In this document: in pieces, positions 1 through 10,291 of the stretch
How the letters are laid out: each line of letters begins with the position of its first letter
Numbering within the stretch: the stretch's first letter is position 1
Assembly: GCA_018780185.1 (NCBI GenBank)
Contig: JADMJX010000078.1
Location: 1,007-65,006, forward strand
Direction of reading: 5' to 3'
Origin: Rhizobacter sp.
Lineage (GTDB): Bacteria > Pseudomonadota > Gammaproteobacteria > Burkholderiales > Burkholderiaceae_C
Length of the DNA stretch: 64,000 nt
The notes under the pieces: generated by a model
Databases searched by the model: none
Seen by the model: only the letters and a program-made list of their open reading frames with translations
Told to the model about the DNA's origin: nothing
Made by a program: the position numbers and the translations under genes

Positions 1-55
1 TTCGGCCAAGCTGCCGCTGAGCACCACCTTCGTGGCCCGCGCGATCGGCGCCTGA
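1..55 (+). CDS. rplP: 50S ribosomal protein L16, 3' end only (gene begins upstream of the window)
   Basis: Frame 2 reads [17 protein letters not shown]-stop (TGA 53-55), resembling the L16 C-terminus; followed directly by rpmC as in S10 operons. Confidence 0.8.
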   Translation, partial: SAKLPLSTTFVARAIGA

Positions 56-65
56 GGAGAACATG

Positions 66-266
66 ATGAAAGCATCTGAACTTCGTGCCAAAGACGTCGC
101 TGGCCTCCAAAAGGAAGTGGCCGACCTGCTCAAGGCCCACTTCGGCCTGCGCATGCAAAAGGCGACCCAGCAGCTGACCAACCACACCACGCTGGGCAAC
201 ACCCGCCGTGACATCGCTCGTGCCAAGACCATCCTGGCCGAGAAGAAGAAAGGGGCCGCCAAGTGA
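66..266 (+). CDS. rpmC: 50S ribosomal protein L29
   Basis: Product [18 protein letters not shown]...RRDIARAKT is L29-like; AGGAG at 55-59. ORF track starts at ATG 63; ATG 66 gives the canonical MKA start. Confidence 0.95.
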   Translation: MKASELRAKDVAGLQKEVADLLKAHFGLRMQKATQQLTNHTTLGNTRRDIARAKTILAEKKKGAAK

Positions 267-541
267 CCGAAGCCCAACAAACGAAAGAAAAGAACACGCG
301 CACCCTGGTGGGCCGCGTGGTCAGCGACAAGCGTTCCAAGACCATCACGGTCCTGATCGAGCGCCGTACCAAGCACGAGCTGTACGGCAAGATCGTGGCC
401 AAGTCCAGCAAGTACCACGCTCATGACGAGAAGAACGAGTACAAGCTGGGCGACGTGGTCGAGATCGCCGAAAGCCGTCCGATTTCAAAGACCAAGTCGT
501 GGGTGGTGACTCGCCTGGTCGAGAAAGCCCGCACGGTCTGA
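263..541 (+). CDS. rpsQ: 30S ribosomal protein S17
   Basis: GTG 263 overlaps the rpmC stop (GTGA); product has [23 protein letters not shown] and KYHAHDE, typical of S17. Confidence 0.95.
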   Translation: MTEAQQTKEKNTRTLVGRVVSDKRSKTITVLIERRTKHELYGKIVAKSSKYHAHDEKNEYKLGDVVEIAESRPISKTKSWVVTRLVEKARTV

Positions 542-654
542 TTGACGTACCCTGCGAGGCTTCGAGCCCCGCTGCAACGGTCGGTGTGCTGATATTTGGC
601 GCTCCGGCCGTTTTGCATTTGTGATCTGACTGACTCATCCATCTGGAGACGAAC

Positions 655-1170
655 ATGCTCAAGGTTGGCGACAAGCTCCCCGCAGGGACCCTGCAGGAAT
701 TCATCGAAGTCGAAGGCAATGGCTGCTCGCTCGGCCCCAACAGCTTCGACATCCAAAAGGCCACGGCCGGCAAGAAGATTGCCGTGTTTGCGCTGCCAGG
801 CGCTTACACGCCGACCTGCTCGGCCCAGCATGTGCCGGGTTACGTGAAACAGGCCGATGATTTCAAGGCGGCGGGCGTGGACGAGATCTGGTGCGTGTCG
901 GTCAACGACGCCTTCGTGATGGGCGCCTGGGGCCGCGACCAGAAGACCACCGGCAAGGTGCGGATGATGGCCGACGGCAGCGGCGCATTCACCAAGGCCG
1001 CCGGCCTGGAACTGGATCTCACCAGCCGCGGCATGGGTGTGCGCTCACAGCGCTATTCAATGCTGGTGGTGGATGGGGTCGTCAGGTCGCTCAACATCGA
1101 AGGTCCCGGCAAGTTCGAGGTCAGCGATGCGGGCACCTTGCTCAAGCAAGCCCAAGAGATCAAGGCTTGA
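655..1170 (+). CDS. Peroxiredoxin, Prx5/PrxD-like (atypical 2-Cys, AhpC/TSA-redoxin family)
   Basis: 171 aa with peroxidatic-Cys motif ALPGAYTPTCS and overall Prx5-like sequence; GGAG 5 nt before the ATG. Confidence 0.85.
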   Translation: MLKVGDKLPAGTLQEFIEVEGNGCSLGPNSFDIQKATAGKKIAVFALPGAYTPTCSAQHVPGYVKQADDFKAAGVDEIWCVSVNDAFVMGAWGRDQKTTGKVRMMADGSGAFTKAAGLELDLTSRGMGVRSQRYSMLVVDGVVRSLNIEGPGKFEVSDAGTLLKQAQEIKA

Positions 1171-1194
1171 AATTGGCTTGTGCGGTGAAGGGTG

Positions 1195-1224
1195 TTGACA
1201 CAACCCGCAAAAGCACCGCATAAT
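1195..1224 (+). promoter_or_regulatory. Candidate sigma70 promoter of the spc operon
   Basis: TTGACA (1195-1200), 18-nt spacer, CATAAT (1219-1224), 145 nt upstream of rplN; followed by a 9+7 bp leader hairpin (1235-1281). Confidence 0.45.
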
Positions 1225-1369
1225 CCGCGACTTCGCCGAAATCCCAGTTGCACTGGCTCGAACAGTGCAGCAGATTTCGGCTCCGCCCAAACAGTGAGTT
1301 GCGCATCCAGCGTGGCGATCTGACGGGCCCAAGACTGCTTGCTTCGGCAAGACAAGTTGGGGACAGAAC

Positions 1370-1738
1370 ATGATTCAAATGCAATCGCGACTCGACGTCG
1401 CGGACAACACTGGCGCGAAATCCGTCCAGTGCATCAAGGTGCTTGGCGGCTCCAAGCGTCGCTACGCTGGTATCGGTGACGTGATCAAGGTTTCCATCAA
1501 GGAAGCCGCGCCGCGTGGTCGTGTGAAAAAGGGCGAGGTCTACAGTGCCGTCGTCGTTCGCACCGCCAAGGGTGTTCGCCGCCAAGACGGCTCGCTGGTG
1601 AAGTTCGACGGCAATGCCGCCGTGCTGCTCAACGCCAAGCTCGAGCCCATCGGCACCCGCATCTTCGGCCCGGTCACGCGTGAACTGCGTACCGAGCGTT
1701 TCATGAAGATCGTGTCGCTCGCACCTGAAGTGCTCTAA
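1370..1738 (+). CDS. rplN: 50S ribosomal protein L14
   Basis: [17 protein letters not shown]... is the canonical L14 N-terminus; 122 aa. Confidence 0.97.
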   Translation: MIQMQSRLDVADNTGAKSVQCIKVLGGSKRRYAGIGDVIKVSIKEAAPRGRVKKGEVYSAVVVRTAKGVRRQDGSLVKFDGNAAVLLNAKLEPIGTRIFGPVTRELRTERFMKIVSLAPEVL

Positions 1739-1762
1739 GCCGCGGTTGAGGAAGAACAGCTT

Positions 1763-2107
1763 ATGAACAAGATTCGCAAAGGCGACCAGGTCATCGTGTT
1801 GACCGGGCGCGACAAAGGCAAGCGTGGCACCGTCACGCAGCGCGTTGATGAAGACCGCATCATGGTCGAAGGCGTGAACGTGGTGAAGAAGCACGTCAAG
1901 CCGAACCCGATGAAGGGCACCACCGGCGGCGTCGTCGACAAGACCATGTCGATCCACCAGTCCAATGTGGCCATCTTCAACCCCGCCACCGGCAAGGCCG
2001 ATCGTGTGGGCATCAAGCTGCTGAGCGACGCTGACAAGCAAGCCCGCAAGACCAAGGACAACGGCGTTCGCGTCTACAAGTCCAGCGGCGAAGAGATCAA
2101 GGCGTAA
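1763..2107 (+). CDS. rplX: 50S ribosomal protein L24
   Basis: KOW motif [20 protein letters not shown]; position between rplN and rplE. Confidence 0.95.
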   Translation: MNKIRKGDQVIVLTGRDKGKRGTVTQRVDEDRIMVEGVNVVKKHVKPNPMKGTTGGVVDKTMSIHQSNVAIFNPATGKADRVGIKLLSDADKQARKTKDNGVRVYKSSGEEIKA

Positions 2108-2111
2108 AGAC

Positions 2112-2690
2112 ATGGCCAAGCAACAAGCTCAACAAGGCGCGAAGCCCGACGTCGCGCGTCTGCAAAAGATCTATCGCGAGACGATCACGCCCGACCTCGT
2201 CAAGAAGTTCGGCTACAAGTCTTCGATGGAAGTGCCTCGCATCACCAAGATCACGCTCAACATGGGTGTGAGCGAGGCGGTCTCCGACAAGAAGGTCATG
2301 GAGCACGCTGTCAGCGACCTGACCAAGATCGCCGGCCAGAAGCCCGTGGTCACCAAGTCGAAGAAGGCCATTGCCGGCTTCAAGATCCGTGACGGTGTGC
2401 CCATTGGCTGCATGGTCACCCTGCGCGGTGTGCAGATGTATGAATTCCTGGACCGCTTCGTGACCATCGCGCTGCCGCGCGTGCGTGACTTCCGCGGTAT
2501 CTCGGGTCGCTCGTTCGATGGCCGTGGCAACTACAACATCGGCGTGAAAGAGCAGATCATTTTCCCCGAGATCGAATACGACAAGGTCGATGCGCTGCGT
2601 GGTCTGAACATCAGCATCACCACTTCCGCGAAGAACGACGACGAGTGCAAGGCACTGCTCGCCGCGTTCAAGTTCCCGTTCAAGAACTGA
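2112..2690 (+). CDS. rplE: 50S ribosomal protein L5
   Basis: [12 protein letters not shown] and the rest are L5-like; only in-frame start is ATG 2112, giving about 13 extra N-terminal residues. Confidence 0.93.
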   Translation: MAKQQAQQGAKPDVARLQKIYRETITPDLVKKFGYKSSMEVPRITKITLNMGVSEAVSDKKVMEHAVSDLTKIAGQKPVVTKSKKAIAGFKIRDGVPIGCMVTLRGVQMYEFLDRFVTIALPRVRDFRGISGRSFDGRGNYNIGVKEQIIFPEIEYDKVDALRGLNISITTSAKNDDECKALLAAFKFPFKN

Positions 2691-2698
2691 GGTGATCA

Positions 2699-3004
2699 GT
2701 GGCTAAAACTTCCCTCATCCAGCGCGAACTGAAGCGCACCAACCTCGTCGCCAAGTACAAGAAGAAGTACGACGAGTTGAAGGCAACCGCAAACGACGCC
2801 AAGAAGTCCGACGAAGAGCGTTATGCCGCTCGCCTCGAACTTCAAAAACTGCCGCGCAACGCGTACCCCACGCGCCAGCGCAACCGCTGCGAGCTGACCG
2901 GGCGCCCCCGTGGCACCTTCCGCAAGTTCGGCTTGGGCCGCAACAAGATTCGCGAGCTGGCGTTCAAGGGTGACATCCCCGGTGTCATCAAGGCCAGCTG
3001 GTAA
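2699..3004 (+). CDS. rpsN: 30S ribosomal protein S14 (long form)
   Basis: GTG start; 101 aa; ...[14 protein letters not shown]...[11 protein letters not shown] is S14-like. Confidence 0.95.
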   Translation: MAKTSLIQRELKRTNLVAKYKKKYDELKATANDAKKSDEERYAARLELQKLPRNAYPTRQRNRCELTGRPRGTFRKFGLGRNKIRELAFKGDIPGVIKASW

Positions 3005-3031
3005 TCGGCGAGACGATCAGGAGATTTCCCT

Positions 3032-3427
3032 ATGAGCATGAGTGATCCTATCGCCGATATGCTGACCCGCATCCGCAACGCGCAGATGGTCGAAAAGACC
3101 AATGTCGTGATGCCCGCGTCGAAGCTGAAAGTGGCGATTGCCCAAGTCCTGAAGGACGAAGGCTATGTCGAGAATTTCGCGATCGTTGGCGACAAGGCCA
3201 AGCCGCAGCTTGAGGTCACCCTCAAGTACTACGCCGGCCGCCCCGTCATCGAGCACATCGAGCGCGTGAGCCGCCCCGGCCTGCGCGTCTACAAGGGCCG
3301 CCACGACATTCCGAACGTCAAGAACGGTCTGGGTGTGGCCATCGTCACCACGCCCAAGGGCGTGATGACCGACCGCAAGGCGCGCCAAGCCGGTATCGGC
3401 GGCGAAGTGCTCTGCTACGTCGCCTAA
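3032..3427 (+). CDS. rpsH: 30S ribosomal protein S8
   Basis: [17 protein letters not shown]... is the canonical S8 start; 131 aa. Confidence 0.97.
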   Translation: MSMSDPIADMLTRIRNAQMVEKTNVVMPASKLKVAIAQVLKDEGYVENFAIVGDKAKPQLEVTLKYYAGRPVIEHIERVSRPGLRVYKGRHDIPNVKNGLGVAIVTTPKGVMTDRKARQAGIGGEVLCYVA

Positions 3428-3443
3428 GGAAGGGAAGAAGCAC

Positions 3444-3977
3444 ATGTCCCGCGTAGGAAAAATGCCGATCGCCATCCCCAAGGGTGTGGATGTGTCGATC
3501 ACTGCTGAGCAGATCAGCGTCAAGGGCTCACTCGGCACGCTGGTGCGTCCGGTGAATGCGCTCGTGACCGTCAAGAACACCGACGGCAAGATCAGCTTCG
3601 CACCCGCCAACGAGTCGGTCGAAGCCGACGCGATGTCGGGCACCTTGCGCAATCTGGTGGCCAACATGGTCAACGGCGTGAGCAAGGGGTTCGAGAAGAA
3701 GCTGACGTTGATCGGCGTGGGCTTCCGCGCCCAGGCTGCCGGCTCCAAGCTGAACCTGCAGATCGGTTTTTCGCACCCGGTGGCGAAAGACATGCCGGCC
3801 GGTATCAAGGTTGAGTGCCCGACACAAACCGAGATCGTGATCAAGGGTTCTGACCGCCAAGTGGTGGGTCAGATCGCTGCGGAAGTCCGCGCGATTCGCC
3901 CGCCCGAGCCCTACAAGGGCAAGGGCATCCGCTATGCGGATGAAAAGGTCACGATCAAAGAGACCAAGAAGAAGTAA
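3444..3977 (+). CDS. rplF: 50S ribosomal protein L6
   Basis: [15 protein letters not shown]... is L6-like; 177 aa. Confidence 0.97.
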   Translation: MSRVGKMPIAIPKGVDVSITAEQISVKGSLGTLVRPVNALVTVKNTDGKISFAPANESVEADAMSGTLRNLVANMVNGVSKGFEKKLTLIGVGFRAQAAGSKLNLQIGFSHPVAKDMPAGIKVECPTQTEIVIKGSDRQVVGQIAAEVRAIRPPEPYKGKGIRYADEKVTIKETKKK

Positions 3978-3989
3978 GGAGCGCCGACC

Positions 3990-4358
3990 ATGTCACTGAA
4001 CAAAAAAGATCAGCGCATTCGCCGCTCCCGCCAGACCCGCGTGCGCATTGCGACGCAACGTGTGGCTCGCCTGACGGTGTTTCGCACCAACCTGCACATC
4101 TACGCCAGCGTCATCTCCGACGATGGTGCCAAGGTGCTGGCCAGCGCTTCGACCGCCGAAGCCGATGTCCGCAAGGAACTCGGCGCGGCCGGCAAGGGCG
4201 GCAACGTCAATGCCGCCACGCTGATCGGCAAGCGCATCGCCGAGAAGGCGAAAGCCGCCGGCATCGAGAAGGTCGCGTTTGACCGCGCAGGTTTTGCATA
4301 CCACGGCCGCGTCAAGGCGCTGGCCGAAGCCGCTCGCGAAGCCGGCCTGCAGTTCTAA
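3990..4358 (+). CDS. rplR: 50S ribosomal protein L18
   Basis: [13 protein letters not shown] and C-terminal [26 protein letters not shown] are L18-like. Confidence 0.96.
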   Translation: MSLNKKDQRIRRSRQTRVRIATQRVARLTVFRTNLHIYASVISDDGAKVLASASTAEADVRKELGAAGKGGNVNAATLIGKRIAEKAKAAGIEKVAFDRAGFAYHGRVKALAEAAREAGLQF

Positions 4359-4367
4359 GGAATCAAG

Positions 4368-4886
4368 ATGGCAAAGTTTCAACCTCGCGCACAGACCGAA
4401 GGCAACGACGACGGCCTGAAGGAAAAGATGATCGCGGTGAACCGCGTCACCAAGGTGGTGAAGGGTGGCCGCACGCTGAGCTTCGCGGCACTCACCGTCG
4501 TGGGTGATGGCGATGGCCGCATCGGCATGGGCAAGGGCAAGGCCAAGGAAGTTCCGGTGGCTGTGCAGAAGGCCATGGAGTCGGCCCGTCGCAACCTGTT
4601 CAAGGTGCAGCTGAAGAACGGCACCATCCACCACAAGGTGGTGGGTGAGCACGGCGCTTCGCGTGTGCTGATGGCTCCGGCCAAGCCGGGTGACGGCATC
4701 ATCGCCGGCGGCCCGATGCGCGCCGTGTTCGAAGTGATGGGCGTGACCGACATCGTTTGCAAGAGCCTCGGCTCGTCGAACCCCTACAACATGGTTCGCG
4801 CCACGCTTGACGCCTTGAAGAACATCAGCACGCCGGCCGAGATCGCCGCCAAGCGTGGTCTGACGGTCGAAGAGATCCTCGGCTGA
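4368..4886 (+). CDS. rpsE: 30S ribosomal protein S5
   Basis: [22 protein letters not shown] is S5-like; 172 aa. Confidence 0.97.
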   Translation: MAKFQPRAQTEGNDDGLKEKMIAVNRVTKVVKGGRTLSFAALTVVGDGDGRIGMGKGKAKEVPVAVQKAMESARRNLFKVQLKNGTIHHKVVGEHGASRVLMAPAKPGDGIIAGGPMRAVFEVMGVTDIVCKSLGSSNPYNMVRATLDALKNISTPAEIAAKRGLTVEEILG

Positions 4887-4906
4887 TCGGCGCACGGAGA
4901 AACATC

Positions 4907-5089
4907 ATGTCCGACAAGAAAACTCTCAAGGTCAAGCTGGTCCGCAGCATCGCCGGCACGCGCGAGTCGCATCGTGCCACCGTGCGCGGCCTCGGCCTGC
5001 GCAAGCTCAACAGCGAATCGACGCTCGAAGACACGCCTGCCGTGCGCGGCATGATCACCAAGGTCCAGTACCTGGTCAAAGTGCTCTGA
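4907..5089 (+). CDS. rpmD: 50S ribosomal protein L30
   Basis: 60 aa, [26 protein letters not shown] is L30-like; conserved operon position. Confidence 0.95.
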   Translation: MSDKKTLKVKLVRSIAGTRESHRATVRGLGLRKLNSESTLEDTPAVRGMITKVQYLVKVL

Positions 5090-5106
5090 GCGCTGAAGGA
5101 ACGAAC

Positions 5107-5541
5107 ATGGAACTCAACAGCATCAAACCCGCCAGCGGCGCCAAGCGTGACCGCCGCCGTGTCGGCCGTGGCATTGGCTCTGGCCTGGGCAAGACCGCCG
5201 GCCGCGGCCACAAGGGCCAGAAATCGCGTTCGGGCGGCTACCACAAGGTCGGCTTCGAAGGCGGCCAGATGCCGCTGCAGCGTCGCCTGCCCAAGCGCGG
5301 TTTCAAGTCGACCACGTTGAAGTACAACGCTGAAATCACCTTGGCTGACCTGGAAGTTCTGGGTGCCGACGAGATTGACATGCTGACGCTGAAACAAGCC
5401 GGCCTGGTGGGTCAGCTTGCCAAGGTGGTGAAGGTCATCAAGACCGGCGAGCTGACCAAGAAGGTTCTGCTCAAGGGCGTGGGCGCTACAGCTGGTGCCA
5501 AGGCAGCCATCGAAGCCGCTGGCGGCTCGGTCGCAGCCTAA
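5107..5541 (+). CDS. rplO: 50S ribosomal protein L15
   Basis: [25 protein letters not shown] is the L15 signature; 144 aa. Confidence 0.97.
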   Translation: MELNSIKPASGAKRDRRRVGRGIGSGLGKTAGRGHKGQKSRSGGYHKVGFEGGQMPLQRRLPKRGFKSTTLKYNAEITLADLEVLGADEIDMLTLKQAGLVGQLAKVVKVIKTGELTKKVLLKGVGATAGAKAAIEAAGGSVAA

Positions 5542-5566
5542 CTACTAGACAACGGAACAAGCTTCA

Positions 5567-6877
5567 GTGGCAACCAACGCGAATCAGCTGGCCAAGAGTG
5601 GCAAGTTTGGCGACCTCCGTCGCCGGCTTGTCTTCTTGTTGCTCGCGCTCGTGGTGTATCGGATCGGTGCGCACATTCCCGTGCCTGGCATCGACCCGCT
5701 GCAGCTGCAAGAGATGTTCAAGGGCCAGCAAGGCGGCATCCTCAGCCTGCTGAACGTGTTCTCGGGTGGCGCGCTGTCGCGCTTCACGGTGTTTGCGCTG
5801 GGCATCATGCCGTACATCTCGGCGTCGATCATCATGCAGTTGATGACCTATGTCGTGCCCTCGCTGGAAGCGCTGAAGAAAGAAGGCGAATCCGGTCGTC
5901 GCAAGATCACGCAGTACACGCGCTACGGCACGCTGGGCTTGGCCTTGTTCCAGGCGCTCGGCATTGCGCTCGCTCTTGAAGGCTCGCCAGGGTTGGTGAT
6001 TTCTCCGGGCTTTGGGTTCCGCATGACCGCCGTGGTCAGCCTGGTGGCGGGCACGATGTTCCTGATGTGGCTGGGTGAGCAGATCACCGAGCGCGGCCTG
6101 GGCAACGGCATTTCGATTCTGATCTTTGCAGGCATTGCCGCCGGTTTGCCGAGCGCGATTGGCGGCTTGCTGGAGCTGGTTCGTACTGGCGCGATGAGCG
6201 TTCTGGTCGCCTTGTTCATTGTGGTGCTGGTGGGTGGTGTGACCTTCGTGGTGGTGTTCGTCGAACGCGGCCAGCGAAAGATCCTCGTCAACTACGCCAA
6301 GCGGCAAGTGGGCAACAAGGTCTATGGCGGCCAATCGTCGCACCTGCCCCTGAAGCTGAACATGTCGGGCGTGATCCCGCCGATCTTCGCGTCGTCGATC
6401 ATCTTGCTGCCAGCCACCGTGGTGGGTTGGTTTGCTACCGGCGACAGCCTGCGCTGGTTGAAGGATTTGGCGGCCATGTTGTCGCCGGGCCAGCCGATCT
6501 ACGTGATGCTGTTTGCTGCGGCCATCGTTTTCTTCTGCTTCTTCTACACGGCCCTGGTGTTCAACAGCCGAGAGACCGCAGACAACCTGAAGAAGAGCGG
6601 CGCGTTCATTCCAGGCATCCGTCCGGGTGACCAGACCGCCAAGCACATCGATCGCATCCTGGGGCGTCTGACGCTGGCCGGTGCGGTGTACATCACCGCG
6701 GTGTGCTTGCTGCCTGAGTTTTTGGTATTGAAGTACAACGTGCCGTTCTACTTCGGTGGCACCTCGCTCCTGATCATCGTTGTGGTGACCATGGATTTCT
6801 GGGCTCAAGTGCAGTCGTATGTGATGAGCCAGCAGTACGAGTCGCTGCTGAAGAAGGCAAGTTTCAAGGCCAGTTGA
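5567..6877 (+). CDS. secY: Preprotein translocase subunit SecY
   Basis: GTG start; 436-aa polytopic membrane protein with [14 protein letters not shown]; position after rplO. Confidence 0.97.
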   Translation: MATNANQLAKSGKFGDLRRRLVFLLLALVVYRIGAHIPVPGIDPLQLQEMFKGQQGGILSLLNVFSGGALSRFTVFALGIMPYISASIIMQLMTYVVPSLEALKKEGESGRRKITQYTRYGTLGLALFQALGIALALEGSPGLVISPGFGFRMTAVVSLVAGTMFLMWLGEQITERGLGNGISILIFAGIAAGLPSAIGGLLELVRTGAMSVLVALFIVVLVGGVTFVVVFVERGQRKILVNYAKRQVGNKVYGGQSSHLPLKLNMSGVIPPIFASSIILLPATVVGWFATGDSLRWLKDLAAMLSPGQPIYVMLFAAAIVFFCFFYTALVFNSRETADNLKKSGAFIPGIRPGDQTAKHIDRILGRLTLAGAVYITAVCLLPEFLVLKYNVPFYFGGTSLLIIVVVTMDFWAQVQSYVMSQQYESLLKKASFKAS

Positions 6878-6917
6878 GGCCAGGTAAAAGCGAACAGAAG
6901 ACAACGAAACGGCAGGC

Positions 6918-7136
6918 ATGGCGAAAGACGACGTCATTCAAATGCAGGGCGAGATTCTTGAGAATCTGCCCAACGCCACGTTTCGGGTCAAGTTGGAGAA
7001 CGGGCACATCGTGCTGGGTCACATCTCCGGGAAGATGCGCATGCACTACATCCGCATCCTGCCTGGTGACAAGGTGACGGTCGAGTTGACGCCTTACGAC
7101 CTGACGCGGGCACGCATCGTGTTCCGCGCCAAGTGA
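6918..7136 (+). CDS. infA: Translation initiation factor IF-1
   Basis: 72 aa, [30 protein letters not shown]... is near-canonical IF-1. Confidence 0.97.
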   Translation: MAKDDVIQMQGEILENLPNATFRVKLENGHIVLGHISGKMRMHYIRILPGDKVTVELTPYDLTRARIVFRAK

Positions 7137-7196
7137 GACGTTTGAATTGAAGCGGTCTGAAAAGGCCTAGGACGAACTTAGGCTAGGAGAAAAAGC

Positions 7197-7310
7197 ATGA
7201 AAGTTGCAGCATCGGTGAAGAAGATGTGCCGGAATTGCAAGGTCATCCGTCGCAAGGGTGTGGTGCGCGTGATCTGTACCGATCCGCGTCACAAGCAGCG
7301 CCAAGGCTGA
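7197..7310 (+). CDS. rpmJ: 50S ribosomal protein L36 (Cys/His zinc-ribbon form)
   Basis: Not in the ORF track (37 aa). Hand translation: [37 protein letters not shown]-stop; GGAGA 7 nt upstream; lies between infA and rpsM. Confidence 0.93.
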   Translation: MKVAASVKKMCRNCKVIRRKGVVRVICTDPRHKQRQG

Positions 7311-7357
7311 ACGGCCTTCGACGACGCGTTGACGAGTTAAGCGAATAGAGGAAGAAC

Positions 7358-7723
7358 ATGGCACGTATTGCTGGTATCAACATTCCGCCGCACAAGCACG
7401 CCGAGATCGGCTTGACTTCGATTTACGGCATCGGTCGCTCCACGGCGCAGAAACTCTGCACCGCCAGCGGCGTGCCCTTCGATCGCAAGATCAAGGACCT
7501 GACCGACGCGGACCTGGAAAAGCTCCGTGAAGAAATCGGTCGCATGACCATCGAGGGCGACCTGCGCCGCGAGATGTCGATCAACATCAAGCGCCTGATG
7601 GACCTCGGTTGCTATCGCGGTTTCCGCCATCGCCGTGGCCTGCCGGTTCGCGGTCAACGCACCAAGACGAACGCCCGCACCCGCAAGGGCCCGCGCAAGT
7701 CTGGCGCCCTGGTCAAGAAGTGA
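7358..7723 (+). CDS. rpsM: 30S ribosomal protein S13
   Basis: [14 protein letters not shown]... is the canonical S13 start; 121 aa. Confidence 0.97.
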   Translation: MARIAGINIPPHKHAEIGLTSIYGIGRSTAQKLCTASGVPFDRKIKDLTDADLEKLREEIGRMTIEGDLRREMSINIKRLMDLGCYRGFRHRRGLPVRGQRTKTNARTRKGPRKSGALVKK

Positions 7724-7770
7724 TCGCTGCTCGACAAGCAGTCTGACGAGCACACTGAGGAAGAGTCGAT

Positions 7771-8172
7771 ATGGCTAAAGCACCCAATACCGCCGCCCAA
7801 CGCGTGCGCAAGAAAGTCCGCAAGAATGTTGCGGACGGTATCGCGCACGTTCACGCGTCGTTCAACAACACGATCATCACCATCACCGACCGTCAAGGCG
7901 GTGCGCTCTCCTGGGCGTCCAGCGGTGGTCAGGGCTTCAAGGGTTCGCGCAAATCGACGCCCTTCGCTGCTCAGGTGGCCGCTGAAGTGGCCGGCCGCGC
8001 TGCGCAAGAGCAAGGCATCAAGAATCTGGATGTGCGGATCAAGGGCCCTGGCCCAGGCCGTGAGTCGTCGGTGCGTGCACTGGCCTCGCTGGGCATCCGC
8101 ATCAACTCGATTTCCGATGTGACGCCCGTGCCGCACAACGGCTGCCGCCCGCAGAAGCGCCGTCGCATCTGA
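7771..8172 (+). CDS. rpsK: 30S ribosomal protein S11
   Basis: [18 protein letters not shown] is the S11 signature; 133 aa. Confidence 0.97.
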   Translation: MAKAPNTAAQRVRKKVRKNVADGIAHVHASFNNTIITITDRQGGALSWASSGGQGFKGSRKSTPFAAQVAAEVAGRAAQEQGIKNLDVRIKGPGPGRESSVRALASLGIRINSISDVTPVPHNGCRPQKRRRI

Positions 8173-8362
8173 TTGATCGTTCGTTTTTCGTCGCCGGCCA
8201 GCGCCTTAAGGTGCTTGCCGGCGGTTCTGTTGAAAAACGCCGGGTTTGCCAAAGCGAAACCAGCGGTTTTCATAAGCCCACCGTCTGAGCGCCCATAACA
8301 ACATTCGCCAGACTCGCGCGAGCTTCGAATGAAGCACGCGTCAGATTGACAAAGGAAACAAC

Positions 8363-8986
<624 letters not shown>

Positions 8987-9143
8987 TCTCTTGCGCCATT
9001 TGGGCGCGGGCCGCGTGTGTGCAGCCAATGGCTGGCACGGCTGCCTGTTTCAGTTTCCTTCGTCCGGTGGTGGCGAAAGCCGCCCCGGTTGGTCCCTCAG
9101 CCTTATCGGTGTAACGAACCGAGGGTATTGAAAGAAAGACCTC

Positions 9144-10130
9144 ATGCAAACAAACTTGCTCAAACCCAAAACCATCAACGTCGAGCCTCTGGGCGGCCAC
9201 CGTGCCAAGGTGACGCTGGAGCCGTTTGAACGCGGCTATGGCCACACGCTGGGCAATGCCCTGCGTCGCGTGCTGTTGTCTTCGATGGTGGGTTATGCGC
9301 CGACGGAAGTGACGATTGCCGGCGTGCTGCACGAGTACTCCAACGTTGACGGCGTGCAAGAAGACGTGGTTCACATCATGCTGAACCTCAAGGGCGTGGT
9401 GTTCCGCCTGCACAACCGCGATGAAGTCACGCTCGTTCTGCGCAAGGAAGGCGAAGGCCCTGTGACGGCCGGCGACATCCAGACCCCGCACGACGTTGAA
9501 ATCATCAACCCCGACCACGTGATCGCGCACCTGTCGCAAGGCGGCAAGCTCGACATGCAGATCAAGGTGGAAAAGGGCCGTGGTTATGTGCCGGGTACGA
9601 TGCGTCGGTTCGGCGACGAGCCCACCAAGTCGATCGGTCGCATCGTGTTGGACGCTTCGTTCTCGCCGGTTTCGCGCGTGAGCTACACCGTCGAATCGGC
9701 TCGCGTTGAACAGCGCACCGACCTCGACAAGCTGGTGATGGAAATCGCCACCAACGGCGCCATCACCCCGGAAGAAGCCATCCGTGCTTCGGCCAAGATC
9801 CTGGTCGAGCAACTGGCTGTGTTCGCCCAGCTCGAAGGCAGCGAAATCGCCGCGTTCGACGCACCGGCTCAACGCAGCACGCAGTTCGACCCGATCCTGC
9901 TGCGCCCGGTCGACGAGCTCGAACTTACCGTGCGTTCGGCCAACTGTCTGAAGGCCGAGAACATCTATTACATCGGTGATCTGATCCAGCGCACCGAGAC
10001 CGAGCTGCTGAAGACCCCGAACCTGGGTCGCAAGTCGCTCAACGAAATCAAGGAAGTGCTCGCCTCGCGCGGCCTGACCTTGGGCGCCCGTCTCGAAAAC
10101 TGGCCGCCCCAAGGTCTCGACAAGCGTTAA
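9144..10130 (+). CDS. rpoA: DNA-directed RNA polymerase subunit alpha
   Basis: 328 aa, [15 protein letters not shown] and C-terminal [23 protein letters not shown] (alpha-CTD). Confidence 0.98.
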   Translation: MQTNLLKPKTINVEPLGGHRAKVTLEPFERGYGHTLGNALRRVLLSSMVGYAPTEVTIAGVLHEYSNVDGVQEDVVHIMLNLKGVVFRLHNRDEVTLVLRKEGEGPVTAGDIQTPHDVEIINPDHVIAHLSQGGKLDMQIKVEKGRGYVPGTMRRFGDEPTKSIGRIVLDASFSPVSRVSYTVESARVEQRTDLDKLVMEIATNGAITPEEAIRASAKILVEQLAVFAQLEGSEIAAFDAPAQRSTQFDPILLRPVDELELTVRSANCLKAENIYYIGDLIQRTETELLKTPNLGRKSLNEIKEVLASRGLTLGARLENWPPQGLDKR

Positions 10131-10291
10131 TGGCGACTCCCGGCCGGTGAGTGGTACACCGGCCACCCTCCGAGAGGGTGCCATCGGGCTTGGGGCAACC
10201 CGACGTTCCGATGGCGTCTCGAACAAGCAATGTGCACCCGGCAGTACCTGATACGGCTACCGGTATTCATAGTCAAGAAAGGAACAGCACC

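Noticed and set aside
5564-6937. A 457-aa ORF antisense to secY, and many similar long ORFs antisense to known genes (for example 1160-2119, 3017-3844, 3993-4895, 8949-10226, 13786-15195, 14085-16592, 21200-23293, 27894-29279, 29706-31157, 37122-38594, 39940-41655, 41450-42841, 42765-43985, 51132-52562, 55663-56826, 57085-59151, 59861-61000).
   Set aside because: These are shadow ORFs typical of high-G+C DNA, where stop codons are rare. Their products are Arg/Ala/Gly/His/Pro-rich low-complexity sequence with no recognisable motifs, and each fully overlaps a gene with an unmistakable conserved product on the other strand or frame.
10151-10291. N-terminal extension of the rplQ ORF. The same problem affects upstream extensions of def (35960), fmt (36382), htpX (37335), pyk (41144), purK (49540), tsaB (54645), rimI (55630), the GGDEF/EAL gene (56617), the lipoprotein (60858), smg (to 33738), the LysM gene (to 35862), dacB (to 55100), the ALDH gene (to 15740) and azlD (39446).
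   Set aside because: In each case a canonical conserved N-terminus with a plausible SD or ATGA coupling lies at an internal start. The upstream part overlaps the preceding gene or a structured spacer.
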